Of a stretch of 64,000 nucleotides of DNA, positions 38,481-47,207 are shown piece by piece (the first letter of the stretch is position 1; every line of letters begins with the position of its first letter). Below the pieces are notes generated by a model. It made no database searches. It saw only the letters and a list, made by a program, of their open reading frames with translations, and was not told the DNA's origin. Source of the stretch: Anaerolineales bacterium (GTDB taxonomy: Bacteria; Chloroflexota; Anaerolineae; Anaerolineales; RBG-16-64-43); the NCBI GenBank assembly GCA_049516595.1, contig JBEKSY010000014.1, positions 4,016 through 68,015 of the forward strand, read 5' to 3'. A program made the position numbers and the translations under genes.

Positions 38481-40613
38481 TCATCCGATCGCCGCGCGCA
38501 CGCGCTCTGCCGTAAAGGGGACTTGCCGGACTCGGCCCCCGGTTGCACTGAAGATAGCGTTGGAAAGGGCGGCAGCAGTGGTTATGCTGGCAGGCTCCCC
38601 GGCGCCCAGGGCGGGCTGATCCGGCCGATTGATCAGGACCACCTCTACCTCTGGGGCCTCCGAGAATTTGAGTGTTGGATAGGTTTCCCAGTCGAGACTT
38701 GTGATGCGTTGGTCATCAAAAGTCACCTGTTCCTTGAGAGCCCGGCTGGTGGACTGAATGACGTTGCCTTCGATCTGATTCCTCAGCCCGTCGGGGTTGA
38801 TGACCAATCCGCAGTCGTGAGCAACCACAAGGCGTTTCACAAACACCCTGCCGGTCGCGCGGTCCACCTCCACTAGCGCAGCGGTGGCCACGTAGGCCTC
38901 CTCATTCTCGTACTGCGCGAAAGCGATCCCTCGTCCTTCGCCGGGCGCGAGCGGCCTGCCCCAGTCGGCATGCTGGGCGGCACCCTTCAGGACCTCGACC
39001 CCGCGCGGATCCGGCAGGTGGCGCAGGCGAAACTCCAGGGGATCAACCCGGGCTGCGGCGGCAAGCTCGTCCATGAACGACTCGTTGGCGAAGGTGTTGG
39101 CAGAACCGCCCAGGCTGCGGAAAGACGAAGCGCGCAAGATCGAGTCGGAGAGCCAGTGCATGGTCACCCGCTGGTGGGGGAAGGAGTAGTTCGTCGGCGC
39201 ATTGCGGGCGCCCCCGAAGAAGAACGAGCTGGCTGGCGGCCCCTTTCCCGAGATCAATTGCCCGGCTAGCAGGGAGTCCCCCGTCTGCGCGCCTGCCACG
39301 TGGGTCGGGGACCAGGCGTGATAGTCCCAGGCGACGACGTTCCCCTTCTTGTTCAGGCCAGCATGGATTTCCAAAACCATGGCAGGAGCGTACGGTTCCC
39401 ACCGAAATTCGTCCTCGCGCGTCCATTGAACGCGGACCGGTTTGCCGACCGCGCGCGAGAGCACAACCGCGTCGGCGGCGGCATCGTCGGTGCCGTTTTG
39501 CCCGTAGCTGCCCGCACCCTCAACATGGGTCACCCGTACCTTCGACAGGGGCAGTTTCAAGAGATCCGCCAGCGCCCGGCGCAGGGGATAGGCCCCCCGC
39601 GTGTTGCACCAGACCTCAACCTGATCGTCGTGGAAATGCGCAACCGCGCAGGATGGGCCGATGGAGGCATGGGCCTGGAAGGGCTGGCAATAGGTCGCGC
39701 TCAATCGCTGCGCGGCACGACGCAGAGCGGACCGGATGTTCCCCTGATCCTCCACGACCTCCTCGGTCGCGGGCTGGCTGCGCAGCTCCTCGTACAGATT
39801 CTCCATCCGAGGCAGGTGGGCTGTTTCGTGCCACTCGATCCGTATCTGCTTGGCCGCGCGAACGGCCTGTTCCTCGCGAGCCGCGACTAGGCCGACGAAG
39901 TCGCCCAGACGCACCACTTGCGCGTCCTGGACCGAACTCGCGTCCAGCGTAGCCAGCTTGGCCTGGGGACTAGGAGGGCGGACGACGCGGGCGTGCAACA
40001 TACCCGGAAGGCGCATATCCTGAATGAAGCACGGAGCACCCGTGACCTTCCCGGGAAGGTCCACTCGCCGGAGGGGCTGCCCGACGATGGTGTACTCCTC
40101 CGGCCGTTTGAGCGGGGCCTGGAGGGTGATCTTGCGGTTAAATCGCTTCCCGCCCATCAACTCCGCATAGGAAATGGACCGCGCGGGGTCGTCCCGCACG
40201 GAGACGATCCCTTCCCGGATGACCAGCTCGTCCAGGGAGGCATCCAAAGAGTCCGAGGCCTGCTCCAACAAGGCTTGGCGGGCCTCCGCGCTGGCGTGGC
40301 GGAGTGCGAATCCGCCGTACTGAATCGTCATGCTGCCCGCGGTGTAGCCTTCGTCAGGGGTGAGGGCAGTGTCCCCCATGACCATCTGGACGCGCTCAAA
40401 AGGGACGTCGAGCTCTTCCGCCACGATCTGGGCCAGCGCCGTGCGGACCCCCGTTCCCAGTTCAACCCTGCCGCTGAAGGCCGTGACCATGCCGTCCGGT
40501 CGAATGGCCAGCCAGTTGTCGACCTGGTTCGCCTTTTCCAGCGCGCCCGTTTCACTCCACTCTGACGAACCGCCCCATGAAGATCCCTGTGCATCCATCG
40601 CCTTCAGCCCCAT
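38481..40613 (-). CDS. molybdopterin-binding oxidoreductase large subunit (xanthine dehydrogenase family, IorB-like)
   Basis: About 710 aa with VELGTGVRTALAQIVAEEL..P...V....GDT and later GAGEP motifs of aldehyde oxidase/XDH Moco subunits. The start is uncertain: ATG at 40613 (10-nt overlap with the small subunit) or 40598. Confidence 0.88.
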   Translation of the reverse strand: MGLKAMDAQGSSWGGSSEWSETGALEKANQVDNWLAIRPDGMVTAFSGRVELGTGVRTALAQIVAEELDVPFERVQMVMGDTALTPDEGYTAGSMTIQYGGFALRHASAEARQALLEQASDSLDASLDELVIREGIVSVRDDPARSISYAELMGGKRFNRKITLQAPLKRPEEYTIVGQPLRRVDLPGKVTGAPCFIQDMRLPGMLHARVVRPPSPQAKLATLDASSVQDAQVVRLGDFVGLVAAREEQAVRAAKQIRIEWHETAHLPRMENLYEELRSQPATEEVVEDQGNIRSALRRAAQRLSATYCQPFQAHASIGPSCAVAHFHDDQVEVWCNTRGAYPLRRALADLLKLPLSKVRVTHVEGAGSYGQNGTDDAAADAVVLSRAVGKPVRVQWTREDEFRWEPYAPAMVLEIHAGLNKKGNVVAWDYHAWSPTHVAGAQTGDSLLAGQLISGKGPPASSFFFGGARNAPTNYSFPHQRVTMHWLSDSILRASSFRSLGGSANTFANESFMDELAAAARVDPLEFRLRHLPDPRGVEVLKGAAQHADWGRPLAPGEGRGIAFAQYENEEAYVATAALVEVDRATGRVFVKRLVVAHDCGLVINPDGLRNQIEGNVIQSTSRALKEQVTFDDQRITSLDWETYPTLKFSEAPEVEVVLINRPDQPALGAGEPASITTAAALSNAIFSATGGRVRQVPFTAERVRAAIG

Positions 40614-41083
40614 TCCTGAGCCAGCAATTCCGCAGCTCGCTTGACGGCGCGGAGAATGCGCAAATGCGCGCCGCAGCGACACAGGTTTCCTTCGAGCGCC
40701 TCCCGAATCTGTTGATCTGTGGGATGCCGGGTCTTCCCCAGCAATGCGGCGGCGGCGATCATCATCCCGTTGGTGCAGTAGCCGCATTGCGCGGCTTGTT
40801 CCTCGAGGAAGGCACGCTGCACGGGATGCAGTTCCTGCGCCGATCCCAATCCTTCCAGGGTCGTGATCGCAGCGCCAGTGGCTTCAGAGACGGGCAGCTT
40901 GCACGACTGCACCGCCTTGGCACCCAGGAGCACCATGCAAGAACCACACTGCTCCAGGCCGCAACCGAACTGCGGGCCGTTCAGTCTAAGTTCGTTGCGC
41001 AGCACATAGAACAGCGGGGTGTCGGGCGAGGCTTCGACGCGATGTGCCTGGCCGTTCACCGTAACCACAATTTCGCTTGCCAT
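40604..41083 (-). CDS. (2Fe-2S)-binding small subunit of XDH-family oxidoreductase
   Basis: 159 aa with two 2Fe-2S motifs: CGLEQCGSCMV and QCGYCTNG...CRCGAH. RBS AGGAGAGG. Confidence 0.9.
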   Translation of the reverse strand: MASEIVVTVNGQAHRVEASPDTPLFYVLRNELRLNGPQFGCGLEQCGSCMVLLGAKAVQSCKLPVSEATGAAITTLEGLGSAQELHPVQRAFLEEQAAQCGYCTNGMMIAAAALLGKTRHPTDQQIREALEGNLCRCGAHLRILRAVKRAAELLAQEWG

Positions 41084-41423
41084 TCGAATACCTCTCCTCT
41101 CGAGTCCCTCTCGCCCTGATTCTCTGTGCTCTCCGCGATCTGTGATGCACTCGCGCGCTACCTGTTTGGGGGGACCGCCTCGGCCTCCACCTCATCCTCG
41201 GTGGGACAAGGGACAAACCCCGCCTGAGAGAACGGCTTCGGCAAAGGGCCTAAAGGGGACGGTCCCGAGGGAACTCCTCCGCGCGCAGCCCAAAAGGCTG
41301 CTCCAGGTCCTCCAATCCACCCCGAATTGGATCTGTTTTCCGCATGGGCAGGAGGGCGGGCGGGTTCCACGGATCGTTGGCCTGGGAATTCTGATCCCGG
41401 TTTGCACGTCCCCGGCCAACCGT

Positions 41424-41452
41424 GAAAAGGGCCCGTCAAGAGGCTGGCCCTT
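41424..41452 (-). terminator. possible terminator downstream of azlCD
   Basis: On the minus strand, a 7-bp stem AAGGGCC / GGCCCTT with a 12-nt loop runs into TTTTCAC. It lies about 95 nt after the azlD stop. Confidence 0.4.
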
Positions 41453-41546
41453 GCAGTCATTGTATGCCATCGGACCCAGGGAAGAAAGGGCCGGGTCGCG
41501 CAGGATCACTCTTTTTGGCTGACCTGGTAAGCAAAGGAACCCAAGA

Positions 41547-41870
41547 TCAGAAAACAGCTGAGAGGATCCAGAGGGTCGCCATCCCCGCTGCGATCGACAG
41601 CCAGGTGTTGCGCGTGCGCCAGGCGATCGCGCCGGCCAACAGGCCGGCAACCAGGCGCGGATTGGTCGGGCTCAGGTTGAGGCTCGCGCCCGAACCGACG
41701 AGTCCGGGAAGGATCAGCGCGGCCAACACCGCGGGCGGGACGAATCGCAGCGATTGATACAAGCGTGGGGGGAGTCGATCACGGGGCAGAAGTCCGATGA
41801 ATGACAACCGCAGCGCATAGGTACCGAGCGCTCCGGCCATGATGATTGTCCACAGGGCAGGACCGCTCAC
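41547..41870 (-). CDS. azlD: AzlD family branched-chain amino acid transport protein
   Basis: 107-aa hydrophobic protein (GALGTYALRLSF...). The GTG at 41870 overlaps the azlC stop (GTGA). The remainder of the 265-aa track ORF is R/P-rich and overlaps azlC. Confidence 0.75.
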   Translation of the reverse strand: MSGPALWTIIMAGALGTYALRLSFIGLLPRDRLPPRLYQSLRFVPPAVLAALILPGLVGSGASLNLSPTNPRLVAGLLAGAIAWRTRNTWLSIAAGMATLWILSAVF

Positions 41871-42583
41871 TGGGAGCTCCTCCCGGGCAACCGGCGGCAC
41901 CCCTCGAGCAGAATCCCTGCTCCTACTCCCGCCGCGGCGGCAATCAAGAGTCCGATTCGATCGGGCAGCCCCCCGAGGATGACCGCCAGACTGCCAGCGG
42001 CAGCCGCAGCGGCAATGGCCGGGCGATCTCGCAGCATCGGGACGAGGAGGGCAAGGAAAGTGAGGGGCAAGGCGAAGTCGAGCTGCCAGCTGGTCGGGAC
42101 GCGAGCTCTCAGCAGAATTCCCACGGCGGTACTGGCCTGCCAGGCGGACCACAACGTCAATCCGGTCCCCAAGAAGTACCAGTGGGCGAAGCGCAAGTCG
42201 CCCCCCTGATATCGGGCGGAGCCAACGGCGAAGGCCTCGTCGGTGAGCAGCCAGGCGAGCGGGATTCTCCAGCGCGCGGGAAGGGGGGAGAACTGTGGCG
42301 CCAGGCTCGCGCTGTAGAGCAGATGTCGCAAGTTGACGATCCAAATCGTGCCAATGACGACGACCATCGGCGCAGCGCCTGCGATTAGACTCACGGCCAC
42401 GAACTGGGCGCTACCCGCAAAGATGAAGAGCGAGAACCCCTGTGCGACAAGTGCAGAAAGCCCCGAACCAACAGCAAGCGCCCCGAAGATCAAACCGAAC
42501 GGCACAACGCCCGCCAGGATCGGCAGCTGGTCACGGGCTCCGGCTGCAAACTCACGCCAAGCGGCGCGGGAGAGGGCAGACAC
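41867..42583 (-). CDS. azlC: AzlC family branched-chain amino acid transporter
   Basis: 238 aa with PILAGVVPFGLIFGALAV...FAGSAQF motifs of AzlC. GTG start. Confidence 0.85.
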   Translation of the reverse strand: MSALSRAAWREFAAGARDQLPILAGVVPFGLIFGALAVGSGLSALVAQGFSLFIFAGSAQFVAVSLIAGAAPMVVVIGTIWIVNLRHLLYSASLAPQFSPLPARWRIPLAWLLTDEAFAVGSARYQGGDLRFAHWYFLGTGLTLWSAWQASTAVGILLRARVPTSWQLDFALPLTFLALLVPMLRDRPAIAAAAAAGSLAVILGGLPDRIGLLIAAAAGVGAGILLEGCRRLPGRSSQ

Positions 42584-43336
42584 CTGCTAGTCCCTCCCGA
42601 GCGTCCGGACTTCCAGACTGGGCGGAACAAGAAAACAAGCCAACATCATCCCGTCACTGTCCGTTCGCGTTCCGCCGGTGGTCTGATTCTTCCTATCCCA
42701 TTTCAATTCTCCCTCCATCTGCACCCGCGCCGCCGCGCATCGCCCTTCGCTTCATCATGCCGGAGTGACCGTCCCGTTCGGTTGTCCCCCCAAAGGCTTG
42801 TATTCGACAAGCCGTTTGCGTGGAATATCACAACGGCCTTCGAGACCGAACTGGTGCCATTGTATCTGTAGACCACAGGAGCAGGAAAGGATGCTCTGGC
42901 AGCGAGGAGCACACGAGCATATGGCCTGGGTGCACCTCTTCCCGACCGGGAGAAACCCCGAGGCTGGGCTGTCCCGGTGGATCTTAGGTCGTCCGAACTT
43001 GATCGTGCCGGGGTTGGGATTTCAGGTCAGCCTTATCCGGCTTGAGCTCCCTGGCTGCCAACTCCCAAGTCCTCTGGTGGGTCTGGTGAAGATCGGCTTC
43101 GTTGTCCGTAGTTGCGATTGACCCATCTGTCACCATCCCCGTCTTGCGGAAGCGGGAGGGCAGCCAAGGCAGACGTGCCATGTTCCCTGGGCATTCCCAA
43201 GGGCTCATTCATTTTCCTCTCATCCAGCAGTTCTATAGTTTCTAAATTCCCTGAAGATCGTCGGGTTTTCGGTGCGCAGCGGCCCGCCCGCTGTTCATAT
43301 TGACAAGGTCCCCTTTCCCTATTGGTGGAAGAGATA

Positions 43337-44176
43337 ATGAACGAAGCACCCGTTTCGCGTCCCGAGCTTTGGCGCGGCCGCCTGCAGCGGCTGCGAGCCC
43401 GCCTGCGCAAGGCGCTGCCGTTTGCTCTCGGGACAGCGGCGGCGCTGGTGGCGCTCCTGATCTACAGTCTTCTCTTTCCCGGGCCCCATCAGCTGACCGA
43501 GCGCGACGTGAACGACGCAGTCGCACAAGCCCTCGCCTCGGAGACGCCTCCCCCGGCTTTCTCTGAGCGCGTGTACGAGATCATTCAACCCTCGCTCGTT
43601 TTGATCCAAACCAAATCCCTCGCCGCAGATGGCGACCCAGAGACCGGCTTGGGGAGTGGTGTCGTCATTGACGATAGCGGCGATATCCTGACGAGCCTGC
43701 ACGTGGTCGCTCAATCCAGCGATATTAGTTTGACCTTCGCGGATGGCACGCAGTCGAGTGCGGAGGTGACGACCCAGCAACCTTCGATTGACATCGCCAT
43801 CCTGCGGGCGAGCCACCCTCCGGCGCAGCTTTACCCGGCCACGATTGGCAATCCGAACGCCATGCGCGTTGGCGACGAGGCGTATGTCGTCGGCAATCCG
43901 TTTGGCCTCTACGCATCGATGACGGCGGGAGTAATCTCTGGTTTCGATCGTTCTTTCCAACCCCCCAACAGCAATTTGGTGCTTCAAGGGCTCATTCAAA
44001 TCGACTCCGCCGTGAATCCCGGCAATTCCGGAGGCCCGCTGCTCAATCGCGACGGAGAAGTCATCGGCATTGTCGAGGGGATAGTCAACCCGACTGGTCA
44101 AGATGTGTTCATCGGCATCGGTTTCGCCGTGCCGATTAACGTCGCCGGCTCAGCCTTCGGCTCCCCGCCGGATTAG
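43337..44176 (+). CDS. membrane-anchored trypsin-like (S1C) serine protease without PDZ
   Basis: An N-terminal TM anchor followed by TSLHVV (His), DIAILR (Asp) and GNSGGPLLN (Ser). It ends about 25 aa after the catalytic domain. Confidence 0.85.
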   Translation: MNEAPVSRPELWRGRLQRLRARLRKALPFALGTAAALVALLIYSLLFPGPHQLTERDVNDAVAQALASETPPPAFSERVYEIIQPSLVLIQTKSLAADGDPETGLGSGVVIDDSGDILTSLHVVAQSSDISLTFADGTQSSAEVTTQQPSIDIAILRASHPPAQLYPATIGNPNAMRVGDEAYVVGNPFGLYASMTAGVISGFDRSFQPPNSNLVLQGLIQIDSAVNPGNSGGPLLNRDGEVIGIVEGIVNPTGQDVFIGIGFAVPINVAGSAFGSPPD

Positions 44177-44266
44177 GAGAAGGGTGATCCTGCGCCACAG
44201 GACCTAGCTGGCGGCTTTCAGCCTCAACGGGCGGGCGCTATCATCCAATTCTCAAGGAGGACTTCA

Positions 44267-45277
44267 GTGGAAGGAAGAACGGATCCTGAAAACAGAACGC
44301 CGATGGAACGCGTCCTGTACGAAGTGAAGAAAGTGATCGTTGGGCAGGATCACTTGCTGGAACGGTTGGCGGTCGCCCTGCTGGCACGCGGACATATCCT
44401 CGTGGAAGGGGTTCCGGGGCTGGCGAAGACGATGGCCATCAAGACGCTGGCGGAAGCGATTGGCGTCGAATTCAAGCGCATCCAGTTCACGCCGGATCTG
44501 GTGCCCGCCGATTTGATCGGCACACGCATCTACAACCAAAAAACAGGCGAATTCAATACCTCGCTGGGCCCGGTCTTCACCAACCTACTGCTCGCGGATG
44601 AAATCAACCGAGCGGCGGCGAAGGTGCAGAGCGCTCTGCTGGAGGTCATGCAGGAGCGGCAAGTGACGATCGGTCGCGAGACCCACAAAGTGCCGGATCC
44701 CTTCTTGGTGCTGGCCACGCAGAATCCCATCGAGACTGAAGGAACCTACCCGTTGCCCGAGGCGCAGGTGGACCGCTTTATGCTCAAGGTGTTGGTCGGC
44801 TATCCGAGCACAACGGAGGAATTTGTTATCGTCGAGCGGATGACGGGCGCCTTGCAGGCCCTGCAGAAGGTTCTGACCAGCGCGCAATTGCTGCGGCTCC
44901 AGCAGGAAGCCGACCGAGTGTACGTCGACCCGGCGCTCATTGAGTTTGCCGTGCGCATGGTGACCGCGACCCGCAAGCCGGGAGAACTGGGCTTGAGTGA
45001 ATTGGCAAAATACATCATGTTTGGCGCGAGCCCGCGCGCTTCCATTAACCTGATCCTCACCGCACGGGCCCTCGCTTTCGTGCGGGGACGCGACTACGTC
45101 CTGCCGCAAGACGTTCTGGACATGGCTCTGGACGTGATGCGCCACCGGCTCGTGCTTTCGTACGAGGCGCTTTCGGACAACGTGACTGCCGATATGCTGC
45201 TGCAAAAGATACTCGACCGAATTCCGATCCCTGTGGTGCCCTTGCATGAGCATGCCGACGTCCGCCTCAACGCCTGA
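44267..45277 (+). CDS. MoxR-family AAA+ ATPase
   Basis: Walker A GVPGLAKT, Walker B LLADEINRA, and the ATQNPIE..GTYPLPEAQ.DRF sensor region. The GTG start lies 6 nt after AAGGAGG. Confidence 0.92.
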   Translation: MEGRTDPENRTPMERVLYEVKKVIVGQDHLLERLAVALLARGHILVEGVPGLAKTMAIKTLAEAIGVEFKRIQFTPDLVPADLIGTRIYNQKTGEFNTSLGPVFTNLLLADEINRAAAKVQSALLEVMQERQVTIGRETHKVPDPFLVLATQNPIETEGTYPLPEAQVDRFMLKVLVGYPSTTEEFVIVERMTGALQALQKVLTSAQLLRLQQEADRVYVDPALIEFAVRMVTATRKPGELGLSELAKYIMFGASPRASINLILTARALAFVRGRDYVLPQDVLDMALDVMRHRLVLSYEALSDNVTADMLLQKILDRIPIPVVPLHEHADVRLNA

Positions 45278-46145
45278 ACGCATCCTACATCGTCTCGATT
45301 GGAAAGTCATACGCCGCCTGGACGGGGTTCTTCAAGGCGATTACCGCAGCCTCTTCTATGGCTACGGGGTGGATTTTGCGGACCTGCGCGAATATCAACC
45401 CGGGGATGACATCCGCTATATGGATTGGAACGTGACCGCGCGAATGAACACGCCGTATGTGCGGCAGTACCACGAAGACCGCGAGATCACAGCCTGGTTC
45501 CTCCTGGATCTCAGCCCTTCCGTCGATTTTGGCACGGTGGATAATCTGAAGCGGACGGTTCTGATTGACTTCGTGGTCACACTCGCGCGGCTGTTGACGC
45601 GTCACGGTAACCGCGTGGGTGCAGTTTTCTTTGGCTCCCGCGTCGAACGGACGATTCCGGCGCGAGGGGGGCGGATCCAGACGTTGCGCTTGGCCAATGA
45701 TCTGCTCCGGCAGCCGCGCTTGCCTCGCGCTCCGTTTACGAACCTGAAGCCGCTGCTGGAATGGGGACTGCACGCCATCAAGAGACGATCCCTGGTGTTT
45801 GTGGTCTCGGATTTCATCTGCGAGCCGGGCTGGGAGGCTCCCCTGAGCCTGCTCACCCGGAAGAACGAAGTCCTGGCGGTGCGCCTGTGGGATCCCCGGG
45901 AGATGGAACTTCCCGATATCGGTGCCGTTTTCATGGAGGATGCGGAGACGGGCGAACAGCTGTATGTGGACACGCACGATGCGGGATTTCGGAGGCAGTT
46001 TGCAGAGGGCGCGTCGCGGCGCGAAGCTAATCTGGGGCGGGCATTTAAGCGTGCCGGGGTTGACGTGCTGTCGATCTCGACCGAAGAGGACCTGGTCAGC
46101 GCAATCGTGCGCTTCGCCAGCTCCAGGCAGCATCGCAGAAAGTAA
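45246..46145 (+). CDS. DUF58 domain-containing protein
   Basis: G.DFADLREYQPGDDIRYMDWNVTAR signature of DUF58, in the position following MoxR. The start is uncertain (it overlaps the MoxR end by 32 nt). Confidence 0.85.
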   Translation: MSMPTSASTPERILHRLDWKVIRRLDGVLQGDYRSLFYGYGVDFADLREYQPGDDIRYMDWNVTARMNTPYVRQYHEDREITAWFLLDLSPSVDFGTVDNLKRTVLIDFVVTLARLLTRHGNRVGAVFFGSRVERTIPARGGRIQTLRLANDLLRQPRLPRAPFTNLKPLLEWGLHAIKRRSLVFVVSDFICEPGWEAPLSLLTRKNEVLAVRLWDPREMELPDIGAVFMEDAETGEQLYVDTHDAGFRRQFAEGASRREANLGRAFKRAGVDVLSISTEEDLVSAIVRFASSRQHRRK

Positions 46146-46159
46146 CTTCAGGCCTTCTC

Positions 46160-47176
46160 ATGTCCTTCCTCTGGCCCGCCGTGCTCTTCTTGCTGCTTCT
46201 GCTTCCGCTGGGGGTTGTGCTGTACTTGCGCTGGCAGCAGCAACGGTGGCGGCTTGCCGCCCGCTACGGCAATTTTGGGCTCGTGCAGGAGACGGGGGGG
46301 CGCCGCTTGGGATGGCGCCGGCACATTCCTCCGGCTCTCTTTCTGACGGGCCTGGCGATCCTGACGATCGGATTGGCGCGCCCGCAAACGGTTCTCAGTC
46401 TTCCCCGGGAAGAGGGCACGGTCATCTTAGCCTTCGACGTTTCCGGGAGCATGGCGGCGAGTGACGTCCAGCCCACTCGGATGGAGGCGGCGAAGGCGGC
46501 AGCGCGGGACTTCGTGCATCGACAGCCCACCAGCGTGCAGATCGGAGTTGTCGCCTTCAGTGACAGCGCCTTTTCGGTGCAGACGCCGACCGACAACCAG
46601 GATGCGATCCTAGCGGCGATCAACCGCCTTGCGCCGCAGCGCGGCACCTCGATCGCGCAGGGGCTTCTTGCTTCCCTCAATTCGATTGCCGTAGCCACGG
46701 GTCAGGCTGGGCAAGCACCGAATCTCTACTCGAACCTGCCGCCGAACCCTGCCCCTACGCCGACGCCGGTCCCTAAGGGAATGTACACGTCCGCCGTCAT
46801 TATCCTGCTCAGCGACGGAGAGAACAACGAGAACCCGGATCCGCTGGTCCCAGCCCAGCTGGCAGCCACACGCGGCGTGCGCATCTACACAGTCGGGATT
46901 GGGAGTCCAGCGGGAACCACTCTGCACATCAACGGCTTTACTGTCCACACTCAGCTGGACGAGCTCACATTGAAACAGATTTCGCAGGTCACGGGGGGCA
47001 CCTATTACAGCGCGCAGAGCGAGGAAGACTTGCGCACGATCTACGAAAACCTCGACCGCGAGCTCGTGGCCAAGCCGGAAAAGACGGAAGTCACATCTCT
47101 TTTTGCGGGAGCCAGCATCTTTCTCCTTCTGATCGGGGGTGCCTTGTCACTCCTGTGGTTCAGCCGCATGCCGTGA
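46160..47176 (+). CDS. VWA domain-containing protein (BatA-like)
   Basis: N-terminal TM segment, MIDAS motif LAFDVSGSM, and a C-terminal TM segment. Confidence 0.85.
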   Translation: MSFLWPAVLFLLLLLPLGVVLYLRWQQQRWRLAARYGNFGLVQETGGRRLGWRRHIPPALFLTGLAILTIGLARPQTVLSLPREEGTVILAFDVSGSMAASDVQPTRMEAAKAAARDFVHRQPTSVQIGVVAFSDSAFSVQTPTDNQDAILAAINRLAPQRGTSIAQGLLASLNSIAVATGQAGQAPNLYSNLPPNPAPTPTPVPKGMYTSAVIILLSDGENNENPDPLVPAQLAATRGVRIYTVGIGSPAGTTLHINGFTVHTQLDELTLKQISQVTGGTYYSAQSEEDLRTIYENLDRELVAKPEKTEVTSLFAGASIFLLLIGGALSLLWFSRMP

Positions 47177-47207
47177 TGCGGATGGCGAATACCTAAAGGT
47201 GCCCGAG

